A stretch of 64,000 bases of DNA. It comes from Octopus sinensis. Lineage: Eukaryota. Made by a program: the position numbers and the translations under genes. Position 1 is the stretch's first letter, and each line of letters starts with the position of its first letter. The stretch covers positions 94,426,001 to 94,490,000 of the forward strand of contig NC_043002.1 in the NCBI RefSeq assembly GCF_006345805.1. Direction: 5' to 3'. A model generated the notes under the pieces. It saw only the letters and a list, made by a program, of their open reading frames with translations. It was not told the origin of the DNA and ran no database searches. Positions 24,541-38,411 of this stretch are shown in pieces.

Positions 24541-26583
24541 TCGCTTTGTATGTGTCTACGTCCAGTACGCAGTATTCATTACCTTATTCTAATTTTTTTC
24601 TTCCATACTTTTTAGGTGTTGTAGTTAGCTAAGCAACAGAAAATGAGCAAGACATCCTCTTCAAGAAAGTGTTGCATTAATTCTCCAAATGTGTTTTGTT
24701 ATGTTTGTGGAGAATAAACATTACTTGAAAATCGAAAACAAATACCACTGACTTTGTTGAAAGAGCGTATATGGCATATTTTGGGGTCAAGCTGGAAGAC
24801 CAAGATAAATATTGGACACTGCGTAGTGTCTGCAAACAACGTACAGAACATTTGCAACAATGGACTAAGGGACAAGGAAAAGGATGAGATTTGCCAGACC
24901 GATGGTATGGCGGAAGCCCTATAATCACGTGGATGACTGCTAGTTTTGTAGCCTAAATTTGAAGGGTATTACCCGGAAAAATCGACAAACACTTGTCTAT
25001 CCTAATCTTGCCTCTGCTATTAGACCAGTTCCACACAGTGAAGGGCTGTTCCTGTCTTCAATGCTTTGTCTCAGATTAATTTACCACCAGCCAAAGAAGA
25101 TTCATCACCCGAAGATGACACTAAAGATCAAGACTTTTCAGTTGAGACTTTATCTCAGCTACTCTCCCAGGTAGAGCTGTATGATCTAGTTTTTGACTTG
25201 AGCCTCGCAAAAGATTCTGCAGAACTGTTGGCTTCCTGACTGAAAGAAAAGAATCATCTAGAGAATGGTGTCCGTATTTGGTATGAAGAATTCCTTTCTT
25301 TCTTCACAAAAGAGGAAGAGCTGGTTTACTGCAGAGATATCAGTGGGCTTCTTAATAAACTTGGCATTGAGGAATACAAACCAGAGGAATGGCGTCTTCT
25401 CATAGACAGCTCTAAGCGTAGCTTAAAGTGTGCATTGTTGCACAACAGAAATGTGTATGGCTCTGTCCCACTCGGCCACTCAACAAATCTGAAGGAAAAA
25501 TATGAAGAAATTAAGTTGGTTTTAGAGAAGATACTGTATCATGACCAAAAGTAGGTCATCTGCGTTGATTTAAAGATGATGAATTTTCTCATGGAACAGC
25601 AATCTGGTTATACCAAATACCTGCGCTTTCTTTGCATGTTGGACAGTAGAGACGGAGTAAACCACTATGTTAAGAAAGGCTGGCCGCCTCGAACAGATAT
25701 GGCATCATGTAGAGCTACCAATATATTATAAGAACCTTTGAGTTGAGCGAGATAAGATCATTTTCCCCTCTTTGCACATCAAACTCAGATTGATCAAGCA
25801 ATTCGTCAAAGCTCTTGACAAAAAAAAGAGGAGTGCTTCAAGTATATCTGCAGTGTATTTCCGGACTTGGGTGATTGAAAAACTTAAAAACTTAAAGCAG
25901 GGATTTTTGATGAACCACAGATCCGTAAGTTCTTGAAGAACATAAATTTTGTGAAAACGATGAGTGAAAATGAAGCATCGGCTTGGCTAGCCTTTGCAGA
26001 AGTAGTGCAAAATTTTCTTGGGAAATACAAAAGTGGAAACTATAAAGACCCTCATATCAATTTTTGGTGATTTTGGTGCGAATATGAACATCAAAATGTA
26101 TTATCTTTTAAGTTATCTTGATCGTTTTCTTGAAAATCTCCGAGATGTTAGAGAGGAACAAAGTGAATGATACCATCAGGACATCAAGAATATGGAAACT
26201 CGGTATCAAGGATGTTGGGATGCTGTAATGATGGCAGACTATTGCTAGTGTTTAAAACGAGATACTCCTGTTGCTCAACATTCACGGTGCACAAAAGATG
26301 CGTAAATTTATTCCTCGAATTTTCTGCCAAAAATCTTTACCAATGCGTATTTTGAATTTCGAATTTTTATTTATACTTTGTTTTGTTTTGTGTTATACTC
26401 TCTTTATTGATTCATATTATATGCCTCTTTTATGAATAAAATACTTACTCTATCAGTTCTAGACAGAAAACTAAACCTGATAGAGAAAAACTGTAGTTAT
26501 TTTCTAATTTAGTAAGCAAAATCACTTAAGAATCCGTTGAAATATTCCAGGCAACAGACAAAAAATGTTTTTGTTGCCCAGTG
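24541..26583 (+). pseudogene. Chapaev3-type (CMC) DNA transposon, decayed transposase at about 24643-26305, right TIR intact
   Basis: Motifs CINSPNVFCYVCGE, MVWREPYNH.DDC, AIRPVPHS, WRLFIDSSKRSLK..LLHN, LHIKL.LIKQFVKALDK, GIF..PQIR, HQDIKNMETRYQG.W..MMADYC, with many stops and frameshifts. Ends TTGTTGCCCAGTG followed by TTA (CAC..GTG termini, TWA TSD). Confidence 0.75.
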
Positions 26584-26661
26584 TTACCTTTTATCATTTA
26601 CATTTCTCCTTTTCTGTGGAGCGGGGGAATTCTACTGTCTCTTTCAATGTTTCAATTGTTT

Positions 26662-26718
<57 letters not shown>

Positions 26719-27309
26719 TGTGTGTTTGTGTGTGTGTGTGTCTGTGTCTGTAAACTAACCTGTACTTGCTTGAAGTAGGTCATAAAACGATACTCTGTCT
26801 AATCCTCTTGCACCAAGCCAGCTACTAGCAACCTATCACCTTTTAGCATCCTTCAATTATGTTACTTTCAAATGTCACAGACAATTCAAAACCAACCACA
26901 TTTTCACAGAATATGCGTAGAAGTTTAAGTATAGTCGTTTTCCATATTTCACTGATAGTCTGAAAGCATAAACAGCGAATTGTTAGAAAGCAGTATTGTC
27001 AAAGATGAATGAGAAGGTAAATTTGCGGGTGTTTCAAAATTTACTTTTGATCGATATTAGTATTAGTTTGATGTTTGTTGAAGCCCTCAATTCATACATG
27101 CGCTGACCCTTCAGGAGTTTATATTTTCAGATGCAATGATTCTAGAAAAGGACTACCATACAGAATGACAAAACGTAATGTTGAGTTTGTCAACTCTGGT
27201 ATAAAGACAGTTGATGTCTGTTGTTTTGCTGTGTATATCAATGAGTAAAGAGGCGGTCAGAGGTGATCCGGTTATAAAGCAATATCCTTAATGGAGATAC
27301 GTTGTTTTT

Positions 27310-27603
27310 TTTTTTGTTTTGTTCCTTCTCGAGCCATGCCTGGCTCATAAGGGCCGGTTTCCCGGTTTCTTGGCGTATAGGTTCCCCTCCTGGACGGGAC
27401 GCCGGTCCGTCGAAGGTGAGCTGCAGGATGCAGGAGGAGAGAGTGAGCGAAAGAGTCAGCAGAAGTTCGCCATTACCTTCTGCCGGAGCCGCGTGAAACT
27501 TAGGTGTTTCGCTCATAAACACACACATCGTCCGGTCTGAGATTCGAACCCGCGATCGCTCGACCGCGAGTCCGTTGCTCTAACCACTAGGCCATGTGCC
27601 TCC
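27310..27603 (-). mobile_element. Chimeric SINE: family-C head + family-D tail
   Basis: Head matches 840-912; tail GACGGACCGGCGTCCCGTCCAGG..AGAAACCGGGAAACCGG matches 16230-16300. Confidence 0.7.
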
Positions 27604-28553
27604 ACAATGGATATATGTACCATATGTCATTGCAAAGTTTCTAAAAAGTAAACGGCAGAATCCGAGGAAATTAATCATTGTTTATACCAGTAATTAAAAA
27701 GTAAAATCAGTTCGAAAGTAGAATGAATTGCTTTACCCTCTTTAGGGCTGTTTTTAGTTTCTTTAATTTCATTGCTTCACGAAGTTTCGTTGAGAGTTTC
27801 TCTTACTGAGATACATTTAAAAAAAATCAAACTTACATAGTAAGTTAAAAAAAAAAACTTACATAGGCGCATGAGTGGCTGTGTGGTAAGAAGCTTACTT
27901 CTCAAAGACATGGTTCCGGGTTCTGCATGGCACCTTGGGCAAGTTTCCTCTACTATAGCCTCGGACTGACCAAAGCCTTGTGAGTGGATTTGGCAGACGG
28001 AAACTGAAAGAAATATATGTAAATGTGTGTATATATTTATGTGTGTGTGTGTCTTTGAGTCTGCATTTCCGCCCCCACCATCGCTTGACAACCGATATTG
28101 GTGAGTTTATGTCCCCTTAACTTAGCGGTTCGGGAAAAGAATAAGTACTAGGCTTACAAAGAATAAGTCTAGGGGTAGATTTGTTCGACTAAAGACCCTT
28201 TTAAGTGGTGCTCTAGCATGGTCGCAGTTAAATTACTGAAACAAGTGAAACAATAAAAGAATAGTGTTAACAAATACAATTGTATCAGTTTTGAATAGAG
28301 CAAGATGTCAAATCATGGCAGTTTGAGTCAGAATCCAGTGTCTACATGCGGTTAATGAAGTTTATTTCATTCATATTGCTTTTGTTTCTCGGAAAAAGAG
28401 GGCCATCACAACACTCCATTTATTTCTTCCTCTAAAATACAAATTTGTACCTTGTTGAAAATAAATATATTAATTAAAATAAAACGATAATAATAACACT
28501 GAGTAACGTATAATGTAATGCTTTGCTTCTAATAAGAAATAAACTAATGTATT

Positions 28554-28770
28554 ACTCTTTTCTTACACTTTTACTTGTTTCAGTCATTTCACTGCGGCCA
28601 TGCTGGAGCACCGCCTTTAGTCGAGCAAATCGACCCCGGGACTTATTCTTTGTAAGCCCAGTATTTATTCTATCGGTCTCTTTTGCCGAACCGCTAAGTT
28701 ACGGGGACATAAACACACCAGCATCGGTTGTCAAGCAATGCTAGGGGGACAAACACAGACACATAAACAT

Positions 28771-28827
<57 letters not shown>

Positions 28828-28957
28828 TACGACGGGCCTCTTTCAGTTTCCGTCTACTAAAGGCTTTGGTCGGCCCGAGCCTATTGTAGAAGACACTTGC
28901 CCAACGTGCCATGTGGATGGTAAGCAAGCTACTTACCACACAGCCACTCCTACGCCT
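28554..28957 (-). mobile_element. SINE family B flanked by a 105/107-bp direct repeat
   Basis: Head at 28957, tail at 28554; flanks 28449-28553 and 28962-29068 are near-identical. Confidence 0.85.
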
Positions 28958-30501
28958 TTTCACCTTGTTGAAAAAATAAATATATTAATTAAAATAAAAT
29001 GTTAATAATCACACTGAGTAACGTATAATGTAATGCTTTGCTTCTAATAAGAAATAAACTAATGTATTGACAATTCTATAAACATCAAATGTTATGAGAA
29101 AAGCATCGTTGTTTAGTTTTGCTTCATATGGGAATGTTTGAGTGAATAGAATTAAGTACCAAACGCACAAAATGCCTTTATGCTCCATATATACAGTATA
29201 TGTACATACTGCATTTTCGTCAATGCAGTATATAGTATGTACATCGTAAAGAATCTACCACTTCAAAATGATTAATAAAAGTTTTATGTAAAATAATCAG
29301 TATCCATCACAAAGTTAATATTTCACACACAGATGTCTAATGTTTATTTTGTCATAAAAAAACACACTTGTAAGACTATTTGCCTTTGTAGTATACTGTT
29401 GGAATTTGCAGAATCCAATATTTCAGATTAGAAATTTAAAGGTTATTTGACAAATAATTCATTGTTAATGAGATTGGTACACTTTGTTCTTCAAATTAAA
29501 TGAAGTTAATCTATCCTTTAGGAACGGATGATATGTGCTTCTGATACACAACAGATGAAATGCCCAAATTAAAAACGAATTGAAGTTCATGCCATCATGT
29601 ACAGAATAAAATACCATCATTTACTTTCTTATCTTTGACTTAAAATAAATAACCAATCAACGCATCAAGAGAAAAGCTATTGTTAAAGGAAAAGAATAAG
29701 GGATCTCTTTATTTTGAAAAAGAATTATCAAATAATTTGAAAAAGAAATTATCAAACGTGCATAGTACATAGAAATGAAACTGGATTAGGACTCGATTCT
29801 TCATATAAATTAGAATAAAATCATTAACAAACAATTGTTTCCATATTTGACTACATACTACTAGAATCTGGTAACACTTGCAACCGTAGCCGACCATAAT
29901 TCTCCAAACCAAATTACACAAAGAATGCCGTTGTTATTATTGCTTAACTCCAGGTCAGCTCTGGTCGACAAATGATCAACGGCATTCCATTCATGACCAC
30001 ATCCATCCTTTTTTTTTTATATATAACAAGGACTACATGATCCATTTGTGCTCCTTTTAGAGATTTGGATACTATTTCTAGCAGGTCTAGCAATTGCAAA
30101 AGACCCCTTCGCCGGCTGATGTACAAAATATTTTAGCATCAGTACTTCAGCTTGCTAGATTTAAAGTGTTCCTCTGCAGTCAATGGCAAGTTGGCTGCGC
30201 TTTGCGGCACAGTACGTAGATTGGGGTAATTTTAATGCTATTTGTCTTTACTATTAATATAATGTGAGAAGATATGAGCTATTAATCTTCGGATGGTTTC
30301 TTGGTACTCTAACTACTCAACCATCTGCGATCTCAACTTTGTATATATAGAAATGTTTGTGTAATATTTTGAAATTATTTCGAGTTTCGCCGAACGGCTT
30401 TTAGCGACTGCTAATCGCGACAATAATAATCATCCGCTAGTCATACACGAGTAAACAATTTCTTTTTTATATAATGAATTAATATGTATGTATGTGCGCG
30501 C

Positions 30502-30551
<50 letters not shown>

Positions 30552-30564
30552 GTGTGCAAGCAAG

Positions 30565-30660
<96 letters not shown>

Positions 30661-30748
30661 TCTTCTATCTATCTATCTATCTATCTATCTGTCTGTCATC
30701 TATCTATCTATCTATCTATCTATCTATTTATCTGTCTATCTATCTATC

Positions 30749-30804
<56 letters not shown>

Positions 30805-30906
30805 GTCTGTCTGTCATCTATCTATTTATCTGTCTATCTATTTATCTATCTACCTATTATTGCATCTGTCAATCTATCAATCTACACACAATCAATCAAT
30901 CTATCA

Positions 30907-30937
<31 letters not shown>

Positions 30938-31947
30938 AACACACACAAACACACACAGACACACAGGCACACACACACAAACACAAACACACACACACAT
31001 TACCTAAAAGTCCTGGGAGAGCGTGTTTGTAAATGAATTTGTCGATAGATTTACATGTGACCGTTTAATAAACATACATGTAGCTAGCACAGTAAAGATA
31101 ACTGTATGCTATATTAAACGTACACACACACACAACGTACACATGTACAGATACACAGCACCCCCACTCTACAAACACATACCCACATGCAACATGATGT
31201 ATTGAAACGATACTTACAGGAATATGTAAATGTGTCAGAATCCACTTAACTCTCTTGTGTCAATTTAGTCTAGGAAAAAAAGTATTCAAGCTATTTACTT
31301 CTATCACTAGCTTGTTTGATGGCGGATGGAAATAGAAAAATCTTCTCCGGAAAATGACTTAGTACTGTTTATAACGATGGATGGTTCGGAAGAGCCTGAA
31401 ATATAATACCAGTTATGATCTGAGTTCAAATCATGTACTGAAGTCTTGTGATAAAGCTAAGATAATATATAATCTCTGCAGGGCGGAATCTAACAGAATC
31501 GTTAGCACGCCGGACAAAATGCTTGGTAGCATTTCGTCCATCTTTACGTCCTGATTTCAAATTCTGCCGAAAACGACTTTGCCTTTCATCCTTTCCGGGT
31601 CGATAAAATAAATACGAATTGAAAACCGAGCCGATGTAGTCAACTTTCCCGCTTTCCTGAAATTGCTGGCCTTGTGCCAAACTTTGAAACCAATGTCTTC
31701 ATACACACACACACACACAAACGCACACACACATACACACTCTTTCTCTCTCTCTCTCTCTCTCTCTCCCCTCTCACACGCACACACCTGATTTTGCCTT
31801 TCATCTTTTCGGGGTCGATAAAATAAGTACCAGTGGGATGCTGAGGTCAATATAATCGACTTAGCCTCGAAATTGCTGATCATGTGCGAAAGTTTGAAAT
31901 CAGTATATAAGCTCAGCGCTTTATTCACTCTCAAGTACCTCTACCTG

Positions 31948-32025
<78 letters not shown>

Positions 32026-32042
32026 TGTGTGTATGCATGTAT

Positions 32043-32416
32043 GTATCGGTTACGACGACGTGGGTTCCAGTTGATCCGATCAACGGAACAGCCTGCTCGT
32101 GAAATTAAGGTGCAAGTTGCTGAGCACTCTGCAGGCACGTGTACCCTTAACATAGCTCTCGGGGAGATTCAGCGTGACGCAGGGTGTGATAAGACTGGCC
32201 CTATAATATACAGGTACAACAGAAACAAGAACAAAGAGTGAGAGAAAGTTGTGGTGAAAGGGGTACAGCAGTGTTCACCACTACCCACTACCAGAGCCTC
32301 GTGGAGCTTTAGGTGTTTTCATTCAAGAAACACTCCCAACGCCCGGTCTGAGAATGGAAATGGCGATCCTATGACCGCGTGTCCGCTACCCTAAACACTG
32401 GGCCATTGCACCGCCT
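32043..32416 (-). mobile_element. tRNA-derived SINE, family C
   Basis: Colinear with 531-912. Confidence 0.8.
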
Positions 32417-32441
32417 CACATACACACACACACACACACAC

Positions 32442-32486
<45 letters not shown>

Positions 32487-34651
32487 CTAATGTAGGATAA
32501 AATATTTTCTAAAAAAATTTTTTATCAATGGCCAGCATATAAAAAAAATTAGAAAATACTTTTAAAGGTTAAATTATAAACAACTTATAAATAAGGGCAA
32601 ACGAAAAAAATTCTACTGCCAAATATGCCGAAAATTGGACATATTTATAAGTTTTATATATATATATATATATACATATATAAACTGAACACAGTTTTAG
32701 ATTTTCAGATTTTTGGAATTGTTATTACGTTAGTGTGTAAGACAGAAAAGTTAAAGCGTTGGTTCTTTACGCTTTGAGTTCAAATCCTATCGCGTCAACT
32801 TTGCTTTCAATCTTTCTGACATCGATTGAATAAAATACTAGTTAAGTATTGCTGAGGCGGGCAGTATCGACTTACCTACCTTTCTCAAAATTGTTGACTA
32901 AATCAAACCAGTATTGTTATTGTTGTTAAAATCTGGTCAATTCTGATCAAGCAAACCTATGATCAAAAGCCTTTGATTCATGTCCATCGCACCTAAATTT
33001 TCAAGATATAGGTCTTCCCCCCTCCCCCCGCCCATAGCTGAAGCGGGAAGACCGAAAATGGCTTGAAAGTCATAACATGCCGGCGGGAAATAACATCATT
33101 AGGTGAGACAAGCTGACACTGAATCAGCTTCGCTGACTGACAGGTGACGGGCTAAAACTACGCGCCTTCACTAGCCAATTAAGGTGATACAGTGTCACGT
33201 GACAACTTGCTGGGGCCGCCTGCTGGAGCCTAGCAGCAGGTATCTAAAGGGGAAAGATTTGACAAGTCAGTCAGTCACTGGCTGACACTCGCTTACGATA
33301 CATCGAAGAGGCCAGGGAACAGAAGAATGAAGACATGCACCCAACACCAGAGCTGAAGACACCTCTGAAAGGGGGTGGGGCACGTCAAAACGGTAGAGGA
33401 GTAGGGGCCGAAACTGTACGTGGTTCTTCCTCATGATGTTTTGAGCTAACTGGATCCTATAAAGGAGCTGTTGTGGTAGCAGACCACGAAACACGGTTGT
33501 AATTCCTATCAAAGCAACATCATCTGAAGTGTCCTTCCCGCATTTTTTGTTATTTTTTTTAACTAGTTGTATATGGTTTAACCAGCAGTTGAAAAGTTAG
33601 TGTAAACTTTTAGATATTGTGCTTAAAGCTGGTGATAAAATCATAAACGTATCTCGCAGGCGTGATTGTTGGTAAGAAGCTTGCTTCCCAACCACATGGT
33701 TCCGGGTTCAGTCCCACTGCGTGGCATCTTCGGAAAGTATCTTCTGCAATAACTATAACTGTGAAGGCGTATGGTTTACTGGTTAGGGCGTCGGGCTCAT
33801 AATCATGAGGTAGTGAGTTCGATTCTCGGACTGGACTGTGTGTTATGTTCTTGAGCAAGACACTTTATTTCGTGTTGGTCCAGTCACTGGTGCTAAGCCG
33901 TATCGGCCCTCGCTTGGATAACATCGATGGCGTGGAGAGATGGGTGTTTGGCTGGTGTACATGGCAGACTGCTGGTTTTCCATAAACAACCTTGCCTCGG
34001 AGAGAAACTTTCTAGGTGCAAACCCATTGTCATTCATGACCGAAGGGGATCTTTACTATAACCGCAGGCCGACTGAAGCCTTATGAATGGATTTGGTTTA
34101 TGGAAACTGAAAGAAACCTATTGTGTATATATATATATATATATATATGCATGCGTGTGTGGGGGTGTACCTGTGTTTGAGCATCTTTGTGTCCGTGTTT
34201 GTCCCCCACAACCGGTGTTGGTGTGTTTATGTTTTTGTGGTTTAGCGGTTCGGCATAAGAGAATAAGTACCAGGCTTAAAGAAAAAAACCCAAAGATTTG
34301 GGGTCGAATAAAACTTCAAAATTCTTCAAGGCGGTGCCCCGGCATAACCACAGACTGAAGCAAGTAAAAGACAGAGGACAATGCTGAATTGGATTATTTT
34401 AGGAAAGAAAAGAAAGTGACAAGGTTTTACAAAAAGAAAAAAAGGTTACTTACAGAAGCAATTCAGTTAGATTTAATTAGGAGCGACCTCAGTATTTATA
34501 TATCAGCATGAAACCACAAAGAAGAACATAAGCGAATTTCAGTTTTATACATTTCTAGAAATACTCTATTTTCCTTCATTTGAGCAAAACCAAAGATAAC
34601 ACCTTTTATAACCTTCCGCTTTATTTTTGTTTTTGTTCCATGGTCAATCTG

Positions 34652-35067
34652 CGATCTTTTCTGCTTGAACGGCAGTTTTTAACATAACTTCTAGGTAACT
34701 AAAAAATTTTAAACCTCGTATACTGGTAGAATGTGTTTATAAAACATATTTTTCTCTTGGCTTTATTGAGAAAATTCTATAGTTTTAAGATATTTGTTGT
34801 TTTTTTTCTTCAATTTCTGCAATTTCAACCAATCACTGACGTCTATTGAGGTAAAAAAACATTCTGTGCCGTATGAATATGTCCCTCGTTTAAGAAACAG
34901 ATTGGGTTTATTTACATTTGTGATGAAAAAAAAGATACCCTTCCCCCACCCCTAACCCTAACCCTAAAACAGATTGAAATGCAATAGATCGATACTAGGG
35001 TCATAATTCTGGGTGACAATTTCACATGACACCTCTAGAAAAACTGCCATTCAAACCGAAAAGATCC
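34652..35067 (+). mobile_element. Merlin-type MITE copy 4
   Basis: 8-bp TSD TCAATCTG (34644-34651, 35068-35075). Confidence 0.9.
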
Positions 35068-35338
35068 TCAATCTGTTTGGTATAATGATGTATAATATCT
35101 AACAAAGTGAGTGTAAGCTCCAATAATTTAAGTATTTATCGTCTGTATATTCTGTCGGGTAGTTTATTTTTAATGTTCTTATAAATATGGCTTAGCGCTT
35201 TTAATATGTTTGCACAAATACTGGAAACGAAACGGAGTGGACAAGGCTGGTATATATTTGATCATACGCCTGCATAATTGGTGCTAACCTGTGGCTAAAC
35301 AACAATAGGGGCAACAACAATAATTACTGCTGCTGCTG

Positions 35339-35372
<34 letters not shown>

Positions 35373-36412
35373 TACTACTAGGGCTTATTCAAAGTAACTG
35401 GTTACGATGTTATTCTGAAGCATCTTTGTTACAACAAATGTGAGAAATACAAAACCGTATCTGAAAGACTGCTAAGAAGATGGGACGATGAAAAGATTAC
35501 TTTTGCCAAACGGAAAAAGTAAAGTAGATAGGGACACGAAACAAATTACGATTATTCATGGACTCTTTCACTTCAAATCTAAGAATTACTTCAGATCAAT
35601 GACGGTGGATTGGTCGAGACGTCAGAGTGCGGATATATATTTCTTTACTACCCACAAGGGGTTAAACACAGAGGGAACAAACAAAGACAGACAAAGGGAT
35701 TGAGTCGATTACATCGACCCCAGTGCGTAACTGGTACTTAATTTATCGACCCCGAAAGGATGAATGGCAAAGTCGACCTCGGCGGAATTTGAACCCAGAA
35801 CGTAACGGCAGACGAAATACGGCTACGCATTTCGCCCGGCGTGCTAACGATTCTGCCAGCTCGCCAGATATAAATCGTTGCAATTATAAAGCTGCTGTTC
35901 AAACTGAGCTTGAGTTAATTTTGTGTTTTATCTTTCTATGTTCGATAATTTAAAGTAAAAGTCAATTTCTGGCGTTGGATTTTTATTCATATTATGAACT
36001 ATTGATGTGAATGGAATTTTGAGACCATTTCTCAACAGCAGCTATTTACTTATGTAAACACAATTAAGAAAGATTATTAAAATATGTTATGGTTGGATTA
36101 CCACAGAATTCTTACATTGTAAGGCAGCATTGTTAAAGAATCGAGGAAACAATGGTTTCACAGAAAATAATTTCACATTTCGCTTGGGAAACTTCTCTTT
36201 AGTATGGTCGGAAATCATGCAAGAAATATGATAGTTTGAAGAATATAATAGTTTCAAATCCATAGAGAATTTAAGGATTGAACTCAGTCGTGGAAATAGA
36301 TTTTGCGAACTAGGTATAGGTTCAGGTTGTATTCAGGATTCATGATTATCACAAAAGAAAAGCATCAGGGTAAGCTTTTCACAACGTGCTGGCTTTTTAA
36401 TATAGCTTTAAA

Positions 36413-36824
36413 TTTCGGTTTGAACGGCAGTTTTTTCTAGCGGTGTCATATGAAATTGCCACCCATAATTATGACCCTAGTATCGATCTATTGCATTTCA
36501 ATTTGTTTTCGGGTTAGGGTTAGTTAGGGTTAGGGTATTTTTTTTTCTTCACAAATGTAAATAAACCCAATCTGTTTCTTAATCAAGGGACATATTCATA
36601 CGGCACAGAATGTTTTTTTTTTTACCTCAGGAGACGTCACTGATTGGTTGAAATTTCAGAAATTGAAGAAAAAACAACAACAAATATCTTACAAACTATA
36701 GAATTTTCTCAATAAAGCCAAGAGAAAAAGGTTTTATAAACACATTCTACCAGTATACGAAGTTTAAAATTTTTTAGTTACCGAGAAATTACGTTAAAAA
36801 CTGCCTTTCAAACCGAAAAGATCC
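36413..36824 (-). mobile_element. Merlin-type MITE copy 5 (left TIR clipped)
   Basis: Colinear with the other copies in reverse orientation. Confidence 0.85.
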
Positions 36825-37000
36825 TGCACATGCACTTCCAAGAATATGCAATATACATTTTCACACGCAATCCTTTAATAGACCATGGACCTCATGTTAT
36901 TATAGAAGTCTAACATTCATAACATCTCTTACGTGTGATGAAGATCCAAATCAGAGGTTTTTCTCGCGTTATTTTTCCCACGTGCATGGTCATAACTTCA

Positions 37001-37352
37001 CAATCTATAATGAGTTAAGGCATCGGAGGGGCGATGATAAAGTTTTTTTTTCGCAAATTATAATGTGGCTTACCTTGCGTTGCTTTCCCAATCTATAATG
37101 AGTTAAGGCATCGGAGGGGCGATGATAAAGTTTTTTTTTCGCAAATTATAATGTGGCTTACCTTGCGTTGCTTTCCCAATCTATAATGAGTTAAGGCATC
37201 GGAGGGGCGATGATAAAGTTTTTTTTTCGCAAATTATAATGTGGCTTACCTTGCGTTGCTTTCCCAATCTATAATGAGTTAAGGCATCGGAGGGGCGATG
37301 ATAAAGTTTTTTTTTCGCAAATTATAATGTGGCTTACCTTGCGTTGCTTTCC
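37001..37352. repeat. Four identical copies of an 88-bp unit
   Basis: Units start at 37001, 37089, 37177 and 37265; even the T9 run is identical. Confidence 0.95.
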
Positions 37353-37462
37353 CATGCTTTTTAATTGTAAATATTTGACTAAAACTGTTTAACGGGAAAT
37401 TCGGTTAAAAATTTTTTTTTTCAAGTAACTCGTAAATAAACGCAACTCTCGAATCCATCACT

Positions 37463-37510
<48 letters not shown>

Positions 37511-37859
37511 ACACAACAGAGTCGCATATGTAATTATGTAAAAAATATACATAAAGTAAAAATATACTTATATGTAAATTTTTACTTTTATATACATATT
37601 ATTTATATATAAATCTTACTTTATATTTTTAAATTGCATATCTTTAACTTTTTTATATTTATATATATTATTTATATTTAATTCTTATTTACATTTGCAA
37701 ATCACATATCGTACTTTTTTTTCTTTTTATGTATGAATGAGCTACTCCGCGTCGGCCACCGGAGTGATATTTGATCACTTTATAGAGTGTTTGAGTGTCG
37801 GTTTGGTGTCTGGAATGGGATAGCTTACTTTATGAGCAGGTAGAAGCTCTTTAACCTTG

Positions 37860-38411
37860 GTTGGTAATTTACCTAGGAGAAGGAAATCTCCGAAATAAAA
37901 CCTGACGCCTTGGAAGTTCCTGGTTTTGTCAATTTTCATGTCACTTGGAATGGATCCAGAAGACATAGAAACCCTTTCTTCGGATCGAGCTGGATGGCGA
38001 ACAAAAGTGTGGAATGGAGTGAAAGCTTTTGAAGAGGCCAGGATAACAAAGAGGTCTAAGGAAAATGTTACGATCGAGAAGGTGAATGACAATGACCTTT
38101 TTGTGTGCACAGTTTGTGGCAGACCATGCCTTTCTTTTGCTGGGTTCAAATCTCATTTGTGAACCCATGGAAAACGAACCTCCACCAACTATTCTGCCTA
38201 TATGTCTGTGCTCACCTTTGAATGCAGTGTATGCCAGAAGGTTAGAAAATCTAATGGAGGCCTTAAAAGACATTTTAAGATCCACAAAAATCAGAACTTA
38301 TCTGGAGTTCTTGGTGGTCCAAATCGGATATGCAATCTATGTGGGTGCCTTTTCAGAACATTGTATGGTTTAAAAAGCCACATCACATGTCATGAGGGTT
38401 CTAAGGTGTAG
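37860..38411 (+). pseudogene. RTE-clade LINE C-terminus with three tandem C2H2 zinc fingers
   Basis: ORFs 37926-38162 and 38202-38411 share a frame and are split by one TGA (likely from CGA): ETLSSDRAGWRTKVWNGVKAFEE..CTVCGRPCLSFAGFKSHL*TH..CSVCQKVRKSNGGLKRHFKIH..CNLCGCLFRTLYGLKSHITCH. Confidence 0.65.

Noticed and set aside
29700-30250. Unique-looking region with short ORFs (possible exon or transposase relic)
   Set aside because: No recognisable motifs or splice-site-bounded frame.
33350-33392. CTGAAGA-stem-GGGCACGTC as an active hammerhead
   Set aside because: The GAAA core is destroyed and there is no stem I pairing.
37001-37352. CRISPR-like array
   Set aside because: Identical units with no unique spacers, in a eukaryotic context.
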